From positions 32,001-96,000 of the forward strand of contig CAWCTR010000024.1 of NCBI GenBank assembly GCA_963798485.1: DNA of 64,000 bases. Reading direction: 5' to 3'. Each line of letters starts with the position of its first letter. Positions within the stretch are counted from its first letter, which is position 1. A model generated the notes under the pieces. The model made no database searches. It was not told the origin of the DNA and saw only the letters and a list, made by a program, of their open reading frames with translations. Shown here piece by piece: positions 20,109 to 29,254 of this stretch. The stretch comes from an uncultured delta proteobacterium (GTDB taxonomy: Bacteria; Desulfobacterota; Desulfomonilia; UBA1062). The position numbers were made by a program, and so were the translations under genes.

Positions 20109-20771
20109 ATGGGGGATATAATGGGAATAGATACACGAAGCTCTCAGTTTATAGCCTTCTTTATTTTCATTTTCTTGCCCCTCATACCGGTATATGAAAC
20201 AGCAATGGCAATTGAAGAGGCATCCTACAAAGTAATCGAGAAAGATGGGGATTTTGAGCTTAGACAATATGTGCCTCAAATCGTAGCAGATACTATCGTT
20301 GAAGGGGATTTCGATAAGGTCGGTAATGAAGGATTCTCAAGGCTCTTCGGTTATATCTCGGGCAACAACACGAAAAAGCAATCGATTTCCATGACTGCCC
20401 CGGTATCACAGGAGGCAGGATCAGAAAAAATCCCCATGACTGCACCTGTTAACCAGGAACAGGTGGGTAACAAGTGGCATATCAGTTTTTTAATGCCATC
20501 CAACTACACATTGGAGACCCTGCCTGAACCAACAGACAAGAGGATCGTACTGAAACTGATTCCCTCTCGAAACGTTGCTGCGATCACTTATTCCGGAACA
20601 TGGAGTAGATCCCGTTATGAGGAACACAAAGCCATTCTGGGGAAAGCGATGAATAACAGAAAGCTGAAACCTATTGGGGAGTATATATTTGCACGATACA
20701 ATCCTCCTTTCATGCCGTGGTTTTTACGAAGAAACGAGGTGCTTGTTAACGTTGAATTATTTCATGAGTGA
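20109..20771 (+). CDS. SOUL heme-binding family protein
   Basis: FELRQY, GFSRLFGYISG, I-x-MTAPV twice, ARYNPPF, LRRNEV motifs. Confidence 0.9.
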   Translation: MGDIMGIDTRSSQFIAFFIFIFLPLIPVYETAMAIEEASYKVIEKDGDFELRQYVPQIVADTIVEGDFDKVGNEGFSRLFGYISGNNTKKQSISMTAPVSQEAGSEKIPMTAPVNQEQVGNKWHISFLMPSNYTLETLPEPTDKRIVLKLIPSRNVAAITYSGTWSRSRYEEHKAILGKAMNNRKLKPIGEYIFARYNPPFMPWFLRRNEVLVNVELFHE

Positions 20772-20883
20772 GATGAATGGAATGACCATTTATACGAGGA
20801 AACCCATTTCGCCTTGAATATGATACTTCTTTTAACACATACTAACAATTGAATATGATTCCTGTCATTAAGGAGATGTTTCC

Positions 20884-21744
20884 ATGTCGAAGGACCATAT
20901 GGCACGTGTTATGACACAGGATATCGGTGATGCAGATCTGTCTTATCTGCTCTATGAGGGTGAAGGACCTCCTCTTGTTCTTCTCCACGCCACAGGTTTT
21001 CTTCCCTGGCTGTGGCACCCAATTGCAAGGAAGCTCGCGCCAGAGTGGCGAGTTATTGCACCCTATTTTTGCGATCATCGGATATCAGACCCAGAAAAGG
21101 GAGGTCTGAACTGGCTGACTATTGCCCAAGATCTGGCAAACTTATGCAAGGGGCTCGGGCTGGAAAAGCCTGCCATGGCAGGACACTCTATGGGCGCCAC
21201 GATCATTACCATTGCCAATGCATGCTTCGGGCTCGATGCGCGAGGCCTAGTCCTTTTCGAACCCATATTCCTTCCAGAAAATTTCTATAAGGCGCAGGTA
21301 ACCATAGACCTCCACCCGCTCGCCTCAAAGGCCATACGCAGGAAAGACAAGTGGTCTGGCAAGGACGAGGCACATGCCTATCTAAGATCAAAGGCCCTGT
21401 TCAAGAACTGGGATGAAGAGATGCTGGAACTATATATCGAATACGGAATGAAAAGACTCGATGCCGGAGGACTCCAGCTCACATGCTCGCCTATGCGTGA
21501 GGCGTCACTCTTTATGGGTGGAATGCAGTATGATCCCTGGCCTGTGCTGCCTCAAATTTCATGTCCAACACTGGTTCTTGAAGGTGAAGAGAGTGAAAAC
21601 CGCGCTTATATCGACTTGAAGAAGGTCACTTCACTTTTTAAACAGGGCACCTACAAGCTAGTAAATGGAGCTGGTCACCTTATCCCACAGGAGAAACCCA
21701 GGGAGTCGCTCGAGATCATCAGGAGTTTCTTTAGTAACCCCTAA
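20884..21744 (+). CDS. Alpha/beta hydrolase
   Basis: LLHATGF, GHSMG nucleophile elbow, AGHLIPQE. Confidence 0.88.
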   Translation: MSKDHMARVMTQDIGDADLSYLLYEGEGPPLVLLHATGFLPWLWHPIARKLAPEWRVIAPYFCDHRISDPEKGGLNWLTIAQDLANLCKGLGLEKPAMAGHSMGATIITIANACFGLDARGLVLFEPIFLPENFYKAQVTIDLHPLASKAIRRKDKWSGKDEAHAYLRSKALFKNWDEEMLELYIEYGMKRLDAGGLQLTCSPMREASLFMGGMQYDPWPVLPQISCPTLVLEGEESENRAYIDLKKVTSLFKQGTYKLVNGAGHLIPQEKPRESLEIIRSFFSNP

Positions 21745-21807
21745 GAATGCAGGGTTGTAGCTCCTATATTAACGGATATCTCTAGCTTCTCTGATCCCAG
21801 TCAGCAG

Positions 21808-22350
21808 TTATGCTGCGCCTCCTTTGGATGCGATAAATCCTTGGGCCGGCGTTCCGGTATCTCCCGGAGTTCCTGCTATTTGTGATAAATATGAGGCGCC
21901 GAGCTTATTGATGTGTTCTCCGACATTATCGAAGTAATTGAAATGAGCCTGCTCTTCATCAATAATGGTCTCGAAGAGCTTCATGCTGAGGCTGTCACCG
22001 TTTTCACGGCATGCCAACACGAATTGATTGTAGATATCTATAGTGTCATCCTCGAGTCCGGCATCAAAAGGAAAGATGACCTCTACCTTCTGCCCCTTCT
22101 CGATCTTTGCCGTTGGCTCTGCAGTCGGCTCACCGTTAAGCTCCTTGATCCGCTCTGCAAACATCTCAGCATGGCGCATCTCATCAATGGCAATGAGCTT
22201 TACCTTCAAGGCCAGATCGCCATAATCCATGTTGTCCAGATTATAGTGCTGGTTCATGTATTGGTAGATAGCCTGCAGCTCCATGGAGCGGGCCTTGTTG
22301 AGAACCTCCACAACCTTTTTCTTCTTTGTATCTCTTGAGTCCCGCGCCAT
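21808..22350 (-). CDS. bfr: Bacterioferritin
   Basis: MELQAIYQY, IDEMRHAE, DEEQAH ferroxidase motifs; GGAGG RBS before MARDS. Confidence 0.82.
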   Translation of the reverse strand: MARDSRDTKKKKVVEVLNKARSMELQAIYQYMNQHYNLDNMDYGDLALKVKLIAIDEMRHAEMFAERIKELNGEPTAEPTAKIEKGQKVEVIFPFDAGLEDDTIDIYNQFVLACRENGDSLSMKLFETIIDEEQAHFNYFDNVGEHINKLGASYLSQIAGTPGDTGTPAQGFIASKGGAA

Positions 22351-22455
22351 TAGATACCTCCATAGTAATTTCAATTCATAATAAGGATTTGTAAGTAAAC
22401 TAACAAGACCCCCACTGGATGATTGTCCCGATTCTTTGATGTGGAATAATCAGGT

Positions 22456-22908
22456 TCATTGCTTGATGTGAAGCTCCATAACGTTCTGAAAATCGTTCAC
22501 GATGTAGTAAGTATCCACGTCCACCTTGAGCAGGGCACAGGTAGGTGATGTAACGAACTCCTTGAGATACGGATGCGTTGAGAGATAGAGTTTTAGGAGA
22601 AGATCTTTTTCCGGGGCTCCGGACTCTATAACTGACCCCGTAGCGGTTACGGCGATCGCCTGATGAAAATCTGTTTCCTGGTTGGCTCGGTTATCCATTA
22701 CGAGCGCGACCATAGGATTATGGGTTAGATTATCAAATTTGCGAGTATCACGCGTGGTGGCGAAGAGCAGGGACTTGAGATCATCGGTTGCGGCGAAAGC
22801 CACTAAGCTGCCATACGCCTGTCCACTGCCATACGTCGCCAGGACGGCCAAAGACTGAGACGAGAATAAATCTTTAAGAAGTGTTTTAAGCTGGGTTGCA
22901 TTTTTCAA
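22456..22908 (-). CDS. Pyridoxamine 5'-phosphate oxidase-like (FMN split-barrel) protein
   Basis: LAVLAT, YGSLVAF, TRKFDNL..NP.VAL motifs. Confidence 0.8.
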   Translation of the reverse strand: MKNATQLKTLLKDLFSSQSLAVLATYGSGQAYGSLVAFAATDDLKSLLFATTRDTRKFDNLTHNPMVALVMDNRANQETDFHQAIAVTATGSVIESGAPEKDLLLKLYLSTHPYLKEFVTSPTCALLKVDVDTYYIVNDFQNVMELHIKQ

Positions 22909-22934
22909 GGGTCCCTCTCTGTGATGGTATCTTC

Positions 22935-23843
22935 CTACTGAGCGACAATGCTTTGCAGAGCCTTGTCAATCTCAGGGTATTGGAATACAAAACCGCTGTC
23001 AAGCAACCGACGTGGAATGACTCTCTGTCCTTCGAGAAGGACCGACCCAAATTCTCCCAGCACCAACTTGATCATGAACCCGGGGGCTGGCATGAAAGAA
23101 GGCCGGTGAAGGGCTTTTCCGAGGGCCTTTGCCAGATCCTTGTTTCTTACAGGGTCCGGAGCACAGAGATTCACCGGTCCTGATATCTCCGTATGTTTCA
23201 TCAGGAAAACGAAAGCTTCTGCAAGATCTTTGATGTGGATCCAGGAGAACCACTGGAGGCCGCTCCCGATGGGGCCCCCAATAAACATCTTGAAGAGGGG
23301 GATCATCTGGCCGAGAGCCCCTCCATTTTTTCCCAGGACGATGCCGAACCGGGTTACGACAACCCGGGCTCCCCGTTCTTCTGCCTTAAAGGCTTCCGTT
23401 TCCCATTCAACGGCAAGCCTTGCAAGAAAATCATTGCCCGGGGAGGATTCTTCGATGAGCTCTTCGTCTTCATGGAACCCGTAGTAGCCTACGGCAGACG
23501 TGCTGAAGAGCGTAATCTGTCTGTCTGAACTAGCGGGGATTCCCTCCACAAGATTCCTCGTGGTGCTGATCCGGCTTTCTATGAGTAGCTTTTTATATGC
23601 TTCCGTCCACCGACTGAAGATGGAGGCACCAGCAAGATTGATGATGACATCGTGATCCCTTATTGAATCCTGCCAAGACCCTTTTTGCGTGCAGTCTCCC
23701 TGTAGATAGGTGATACATGGGGAGGCCGACTTAGATCCTTCTACAGATCTGGCAAGTATGGTGATCTCGTTTCCATGCTGGACTAAATGGTCTGAGAGAT
23801 AGGTACCAACAAATCCGGTACCACCTGTGACGAATATTTTCAT
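22935..23843 (-). CDS. TIGR01777 family NAD-dependent epimerase/oxidoreductase
   Basis: TGGTGFVG, INLAGA, SAVGYYG, GGPIGSGLQWFSWIH, GQRVIP motifs. Confidence 0.92.
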   Translation of the reverse strand: MKIFVTGGTGFVGTYLSDHLVQHGNEITILARSVEGSKSASPCITYLQGDCTQKGSWQDSIRDHDVIINLAGASIFSRWTEAYKKLLIESRISTTRNLVEGIPASSDRQITLFSTSAVGYYGFHEDEELIEESSPGNDFLARLAVEWETEAFKAEERGARVVVTRFGIVLGKNGGALGQMIPLFKMFIGGPIGSGLQWFSWIHIKDLAEAFVFLMKHTEISGPVNLCAPDPVRNKDLAKALGKALHRPSFMPAPGFMIKLVLGEFGSVLLEGQRVIPRRLLDSGFVFQYPEIDKALQSIVAQ

Positions 23844-23975
23844 CTATACCCCTCCTGATTTTCTATGAAGAACAGACCCCTTCCCAAGGATCATGGTTTT
23901 TCAAGAGATCCAGGTTGCTATAAAATCCTACCCGGCCAAATCAAACCGGAGGTAACAAGTTGATCCTGAAGTCTC

Positions 23976-24362
23976 TTATTCTCTGTCCCCGATCAAGGGC
24001 AGTGTTTTATCAATCTTAAAATGGACAAGGTATCTGTTCTGCTTCATGTACTCTTCGTCCACTGGGCAACTCTCTCTTCGACGAAGGGTATCGATGAGGG
24101 GGCTGTTTTTTTCTTCTTTCGTCTTGGTTAGATAGAGCCTTTTCCCAACGTATTTTTCGCCTGCTTCCATAAACAGGTAGACGGCGTGTGGGTTGGACTC
24201 CAGGTTCTTATGAGTCAGCCGGTCCGCCATAATAAAGGCTACGGTCCCGTCATCCATGACGTGAGGCCTTGCATAGACAGCCGCCGTCAAAATGCCTCGT
24301 GAATCTGCTGTAGACATGACTCCCTTACCCTTTGCATTCTCAAAATATTCGCTCAGTTTCAT
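23976..24362 (-). CDS. Pyridoxamine 5'-phosphate oxidase-like protein
   Basis: GVMSTAD, AVYARPH, THKNLESNPHAVYLF motifs. Confidence 0.78.
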   Translation of the reverse strand: MKLSEYFENAKGKGVMSTADSRGILTAAVYARPHVMDDGTVAFIMADRLTHKNLESNPHAVYLFMEAGEKYVGKRLYLTKTKEEKNSPLIDTLRRRESCPVDEEYMKQNRYLVHFKIDKTLPLIGDRE

Positions 24363-24414
24363 GGATAGAACCTCCTATTCATATATATTTTACATAATGT
24401 AGCAATTTTGAATT

Positions 24415-25779
24415 TCAAGATGTATATGGCGTTAATCGGCTCATCAACCTCACGTATTCGTCGGCATCAAACTTCCGTTTGAGGCCTCCTTCGTTCATAT
24501 ACCGGACATTCCCGAAGATCTCCCTTTCTTTCCATGGGCGATCATGTTTTCCCAAGCACCATGCCACGCCGGTGAATCCGCTTGGGTCTCTTCCATCCAG
24601 CTCGTATTTGTTGTTCAGGTAAAGGGCTGCCCGGAAGGCCTTATCAGGTGTCTTGCTCCATTCTAGAATTTTTTTACCCCAGTACATTCTCATATACCCG
24701 TGCATCTTCCCGGTAAAAACCATCTCCTTCTGGGCTGCATTCCAGTAGGGATCATGGGTTTTAGCCGTTTCCAGTTCTTCAAGGTCATAAAGATAGGGTC
24801 GCTTGTCTTTCTGATGGGCCTTCAATGTTTTTTGTGCCCATTGGGGGAGTGCCCCTTCAAAAGAATCGTATTGCCCATTATAGAAAACAAAATTCATACT
24901 TAGTTCCCTTCGGACTATGAGCTCTTCGAGATAGGCTTCTTTGATCAGGCCCTGTGTCTGTGATACCGTTAGCGCAATGGACAGCGGTGAGATCTGGCCA
25001 AAGTGCAGGTATGGGCTCATGTGCGAGAGGGAGTCGACCGTGGGGTCATTTCTTAATTCCGGGAAACGATCCAGCTTGTCTCTCAAGAAGAGCCGAAGAT
25101 GTTTTTTGGCTTCCCCGGCGCCGCCATGATAGGAAGAAACCTTCTTCACGCTCCGGTCAATATGAAGTCTGGAAACTGCTTCTTCAACATCGTCGATGTC
25201 AAAGGAATCAAAATCCAGAGATAGGGAATCGATGTCGGGATCAATCTCCTTCAGCGGACAAAGGAAATGATCCAGCTTCTTGTGAATCTTCGACCTGATG
25301 GTGGCTGCAGCGTATTCCTCTTTTGGGGAGGTCTCTTCAATGGGAACGATAACGTCACTTTCGACTTGAACCAGAGGGCAATCCATTCGGCTGGCTGCGT
25401 ATTCTCTCCACGCTCTCTGGATTTTCAAGTACCCGCGGTCTACAACAACGAAAGACGCTCCTTTCGCAAACTGAACCACTCCCTGTTCAGGGGAAGTGTG
25501 TTGGATCACAATCCTGATGCCTCTTTTCTCAAGAGAGCGTTTTACATCCCTAAGACCTTCGAGCATGAAGGTGTAATGCCTCTGACTGCCCTCCGGGAAG
25601 TGATCAGTAATACCGAAAAAGACAATAAGGGGCTGATGCAATTCATTGGCCTTAAACACGGCATACTCAAGGGCATGGTTATACTCCGTCCTTTGAGAGG
25701 CCTGCATCCAGTATAGAACGTATCTTCCCTTCTTCGTCTCCTTGGCATTCAGGGCTTGGATTCGTTCTTTTTGAATCAT
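24415..25779 (-). CDS. phr: Class II CPD DNA photolyase
   Basis: VLYWMQASQR, SPYLHFGQIS, EELIVRREL, MHGYMRMYWGKKILEW, YELDGRDP motifs. Confidence 0.93.
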   Translation of the reverse strand: MIQKERIQALNAKETKKGRYVLYWMQASQRTEYNHALEYAVFKANELHQPLIVFFGITDHFPEGSQRHYTFMLEGLRDVKRSLEKRGIRIVIQHTSPEQGVVQFAKGASFVVVDRGYLKIQRAWREYAASRMDCPLVQVESDVIVPIEETSPKEEYAAATIRSKIHKKLDHFLCPLKEIDPDIDSLSLDFDSFDIDDVEEAVSRLHIDRSVKKVSSYHGGAGEAKKHLRLFLRDKLDRFPELRNDPTVDSLSHMSPYLHFGQISPLSIALTVSQTQGLIKEAYLEELIVRRELSMNFVFYNGQYDSFEGALPQWAQKTLKAHQKDKRPYLYDLEELETAKTHDPYWNAAQKEMVFTGKMHGYMRMYWGKKILEWSKTPDKAFRAALYLNNKYELDGRDPSGFTGVAWCLGKHDRPWKEREIFGNVRYMNEGGLKRKFDADEYVRLMSRLTPYTS

Positions 25780-25861
25780 GGCCGCCTCTTTTCTTTAAGT
25801 GTTCGTGAACCCTAATGAAAAGATCGCCGGACTTCGTGAGCGGGTCCGTTAGATTGTTTGT

Positions 25862-27282
25862 TTATTTTATCAAATCTCTTGCTGCATAATAGCCGCAAAG
25901 GCCGTGAACACCCCCACCGGGTGGCGTCGATGAAGAGCAGATAAATATATTCCGCTGAGATGTCCTGTAGGGATTGAGGGATACAACCGGACGGGTATAA
26001 AGCTGAAAGATATCCTGCACTCCTCCGTTAATATCTCCTCCGACATAATTGGGGTTGTATTGTTCCATCACTGTCGCCGACATCGTGTTTCTTGCCAGAA
26101 TGACCTCTCGAAACCCGGGGGCATAGCTTTCAATCTTTTTTTCGATACGATCGGCCATATCCGCTTTTGAACCATGGGGTACATGGCAATACCCCCAGGC
26201 CGTATGCCTGCCTTCAGGGCTCCGTGAAGGATCGAAGAGGCTCTGTTGTGCGAGCATCACATAAGGCGTTTGGGAGATTTCGCCCTTGTTTACGCAACAG
26301 ACCGAATCGGCTATCTCCTCATACGAATTCCCCAGGTGGATAGTCCCTGCCTTTCTACATATTCCGGCCTTCCATGGGATCGGTTCTTTCAGTGCCCAGT
26401 CCATTTTATAAACGCCTGGGCCGTAACGGAATCCGGTAAGTCTATGCCGGTAATTTTCGGAAAGACTAAGGCCTTTAATATCCAACAACTGCCGGGGGGT
26501 GACGTCAAAAAAATAATAGGCTGCCTGGGGTATATCCTCCAAAGAACTGACAGGTATGCCTGTTACGATTTCGCCTCCCCGGTCAATGAAACAACGGGAA
26601 AAGCATCGGCCAGATTCTGCGAGCCACCTTTTACAAACGGCCACCCTACAGCATGGGCTAATGTCGCAAGTATAATGCCGAAGGCCGCTGTTGCAGGTTT
26701 GTGAAGGGGAATCATGGCATGGGCTGCAAGCCCGGCAAATAAAGCTCGCGTCTGAGGGTTGTGGAATTTTTTCTCTCCAAGACCTTTTGCGGAAAAAAGT
26801 GCCTTTGATGCAAATTTGGCCATCAGAAAGGGATCAGAAGGAAAAGGGATCGGCCTTAATATGCCGGATAGTAATCTTTCATAGCCATTTACAAAGGGCG
26901 CAAGAAAATCTTTGTATGCCGTGGCGTCGCGACCCAGAGCATCGGCTGTTATATCCAGGGACCGATGCAGAAAGACAGCAGATCCATCCTCAAACGGGTG
27001 GGCGAGCGGTATTTCCGGATTGACCCAGGAAAGGCCATATTGATGAAGTTCAAGTGGTCTGAAGAAAGAGGAGGAGGCCGCAAGAGGATGAGCTGTTGAA
27101 CAGACGTCGTGAACAAAACCAGGTAGGGTTAATTCTGCGGATCGGCACCCTCCCCCGATGGTTTCTTTCGCTTCCAGCAAAAGCACGGATGGAAATTTCC
27201 TGCCGAGTGTAATGGCGGCAGCTAGGCCGTTGGGACCGCTGCCCACAACGACGGCATCATAATGATGTTTGTCAGACGTCAA
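25862..27282 (-). pseudogene. Phytoene-dehydrogenase-like FAD oxidoreductase split by a 1-nt frameshift near 26600
   Basis: N-part VVGSGPNGLAAA..HDVCS; C-part NPNYVGGDING, STPPGGGVHGLCGYYAA; frames join at DA(F)SRCFIDRGG. Confidence 0.8.
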
Positions 27283-28472
27283 GGTTTTTGACCATCATTC
27301 ATATTTTTCCGTGAAGAGATAATTCTTCTCAGCAGATACAGCGGCATATATAAAGAAGAGCGGATGGCAGCGCAATACCAGACATTTCCCATCTCGCCCC
27401 ATCGAAGACGGCGGTCGATCAAGACATTTCGCTGTTCGATCTTACCTTCAACGCCCAGGCGTGAGGCAAGATTACCAAGTGTCTGATGCCAGAATTGATC
27501 CTCCTGCCCCACCGCACCCAATCGAAAACCAAGTTCCATAACCGGATCGGCTGCCCTGAAGAGGGGATGCACCTGGATGATGGTTTTATGATCCTCACGA
27601 AAACTGCTGAAGTTTATCCAGCCACAAAGCATGTGACCCTGGATCGTCGAAAAACAAAAGGAATCATCATCGGCATATATCACATGGATGCCTGTTGCCA
27701 GCACAAGCATACCCCCGATGCTGAGATTCAAAAGCGCTGTAGCGCCGGACGCTATGGGAGCGCCGCCGGAGGTGAACAGATGGTTGCCTTTCGGCCAGAA
27801 ATCGGGAAACTCCGACCGCCAGAGAGATACTATTTTTTGTGGATCCATATTCGTGTTGTCGATCTGAAAGCGGTATTTCTTATCCCAAAGACGACCGAAT
27901 CCATTGACGGGGCTGGTAACTTTTCTGCCGTTTACGTTTATATTCATTGCCTCTGCAGGCACATCACACATGGATATATGCTCAACATTTCCCGCCCAGC
28001 CAAGGACAAGGGGACCCCTGTACACTTGGAACGCACCTAAGGCGGTTTGAACTCTTGTTGGGAAAGGTAGTTGGCGCAAAGCTTCATGTTCGTCATCAAA
28101 CAACGCTATGGCCTTATCAAGGAATGTCAGACGAAATACATCCCGGAAAGGGTCAACGAGGTGGCAGGCCGCCAGCCCGATATTCTTTTGCGCAAGTCTG
28201 GATGCATAAACGAGCAGCAGGCTTGTCCCCTCAGAATCCAGGTGGGTAAGATTGGTAAAATTCAAAAGAATGTTTTTATTTTTCCTCAGTTCTTCATCAT
28301 ATGATCGAGATAAAATATCCTCACAGGTCCTATTGAGTGATCCCTGTATATCCAAAATCAAAGTCTCTCCATCGGCAATCCTTGGTCTAATGGCACCTTT
28401 GTCTTCAGACATGGGATATTCCTTTTCCTCTTGCATTATTCTGTCAATCAAATGGCTTGAATATTCTATCAC
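27279..28472 (-). CDS. STAS-domain protein fused to an uncharacterised C-terminal domain
   Basis: LLNFTNLTHLDSEG STAS motif; C-terminal GFGRLWDKKY...GHMLCGWINFS region. Confidence 0.7.
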   Translation of the reverse strand: MIEYSSHLIDRIMQEEKEYPMSEDKGAIRPRIADGETLILDIQGSLNRTCEDILSRSYDEELRKNKNILLNFTNLTHLDSEGTSLLLVYASRLAQKNIGLAACHLVDPFRDVFRLTFLDKAIALFDDEHEALRQLPFPTRVQTALGAFQVYRGPLVLGWAGNVEHISMCDVPAEAMNINVNGRKVTSPVNGFGRLWDKKYRFQIDNTNMDPQKIVSLWRSEFPDFWPKGNHLFTSGGAPIASGATALLNLSIGGMLVLATGIHVIYADDDSFCFSTIQGHMLCGWINFSSFREDHKTIIQVHPLFRAADPVMELGFRLGAVGQEDQFWHQTLGNLASRLGVEGKIEQRNVLIDRRLRWGEMGNVWYCAAIRSSLYMPLYLLRRIISSRKNMNDGQKP

Positions 28473-28841
28473 ACTACGCAGGAGAATGCGTCCGATCTCT
28501 CTATCTATAAAATAAATATAAGGAGAAACGAGTCAATTAATAGGGGAAAGAAACGCGCATTTTTCATTTTGGACATCCGAGTTCACTAAGGATCACTCAC
28601 ATGGCGACTAGATTGATTTATGGGACTGCAGGTTGCTTCGAGACTTCAATATCATAGTTTGCCATAAGTTCTACCGGTAGATGACCCGGTTTTTTTAGTA
28701 TTTAACAGTTTATTGCTTTGCTATCGATATCTGGATATACTGCAACAGTGGATCAAATGACGGGATATGCTTACAAAGTGCTGTTTATTGATTTGGTTAG
28801 GATGGAACCCTGCAAGAATAAATAAATTTGAGAGGGAGTTT

Positions 28842-29030
28842 ATGATGGGAGATCTTAAGAAGGGCGATGTGGTTAAATTAAAGAGTGGAAGCCCTGCAAT
28901 GACGGTTGAAGATGTTGCTTCCGATGGTACTCTGAGTTGTGTTTGGTATGATAATGACAAGAAGGAAATTGTGGGTAGAAAGTTCTCGTATGAATGCCTT
29001 GATCTTGCCACCACCGTTAAGCCTGAATAA
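28842..29030 (+). CDS. YodC/DUF2158 family small protein
   Basis: GDVVKLKSGSPAMTV...CVWY motif; GAGGGAG RBS. Confidence 0.85.
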   Translation: MMGDLKKGDVVKLKSGSPAMTVEDVASDGTLSCVWYDNDKKEIVGRKFSYECLDLATTVKPE

Positions 29031-29254
29031 TTCTTAGCCTGTTCGATTGTATTACTATGAAAGAAAGGCCCGCGGCTAATCACCGGACCTTAGTAGGCAT
29101 ACACCTAAGATACTAAGAGCAGTCTCAGGCCCTGTTCTTTTCAACATAAGCCACATAAAAATAGAGATACCTTCGATTAATGATCGGTTCCCAAAGAACT
29201 GAACCCATAGAATGTTCAGAACTATACACATTTGCTAAAGCGTTGATTATGCAA

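Noticed and set aside
24580-24582. Photolyase DGRDPS instead of DGRDPN as a cryptochrome-like change
   Set aside because: The class II flavin-contacting Asn lies in the upstream LN..YELD motif, which is intact; as I recall, DPS also occurs in plant class II photolyases
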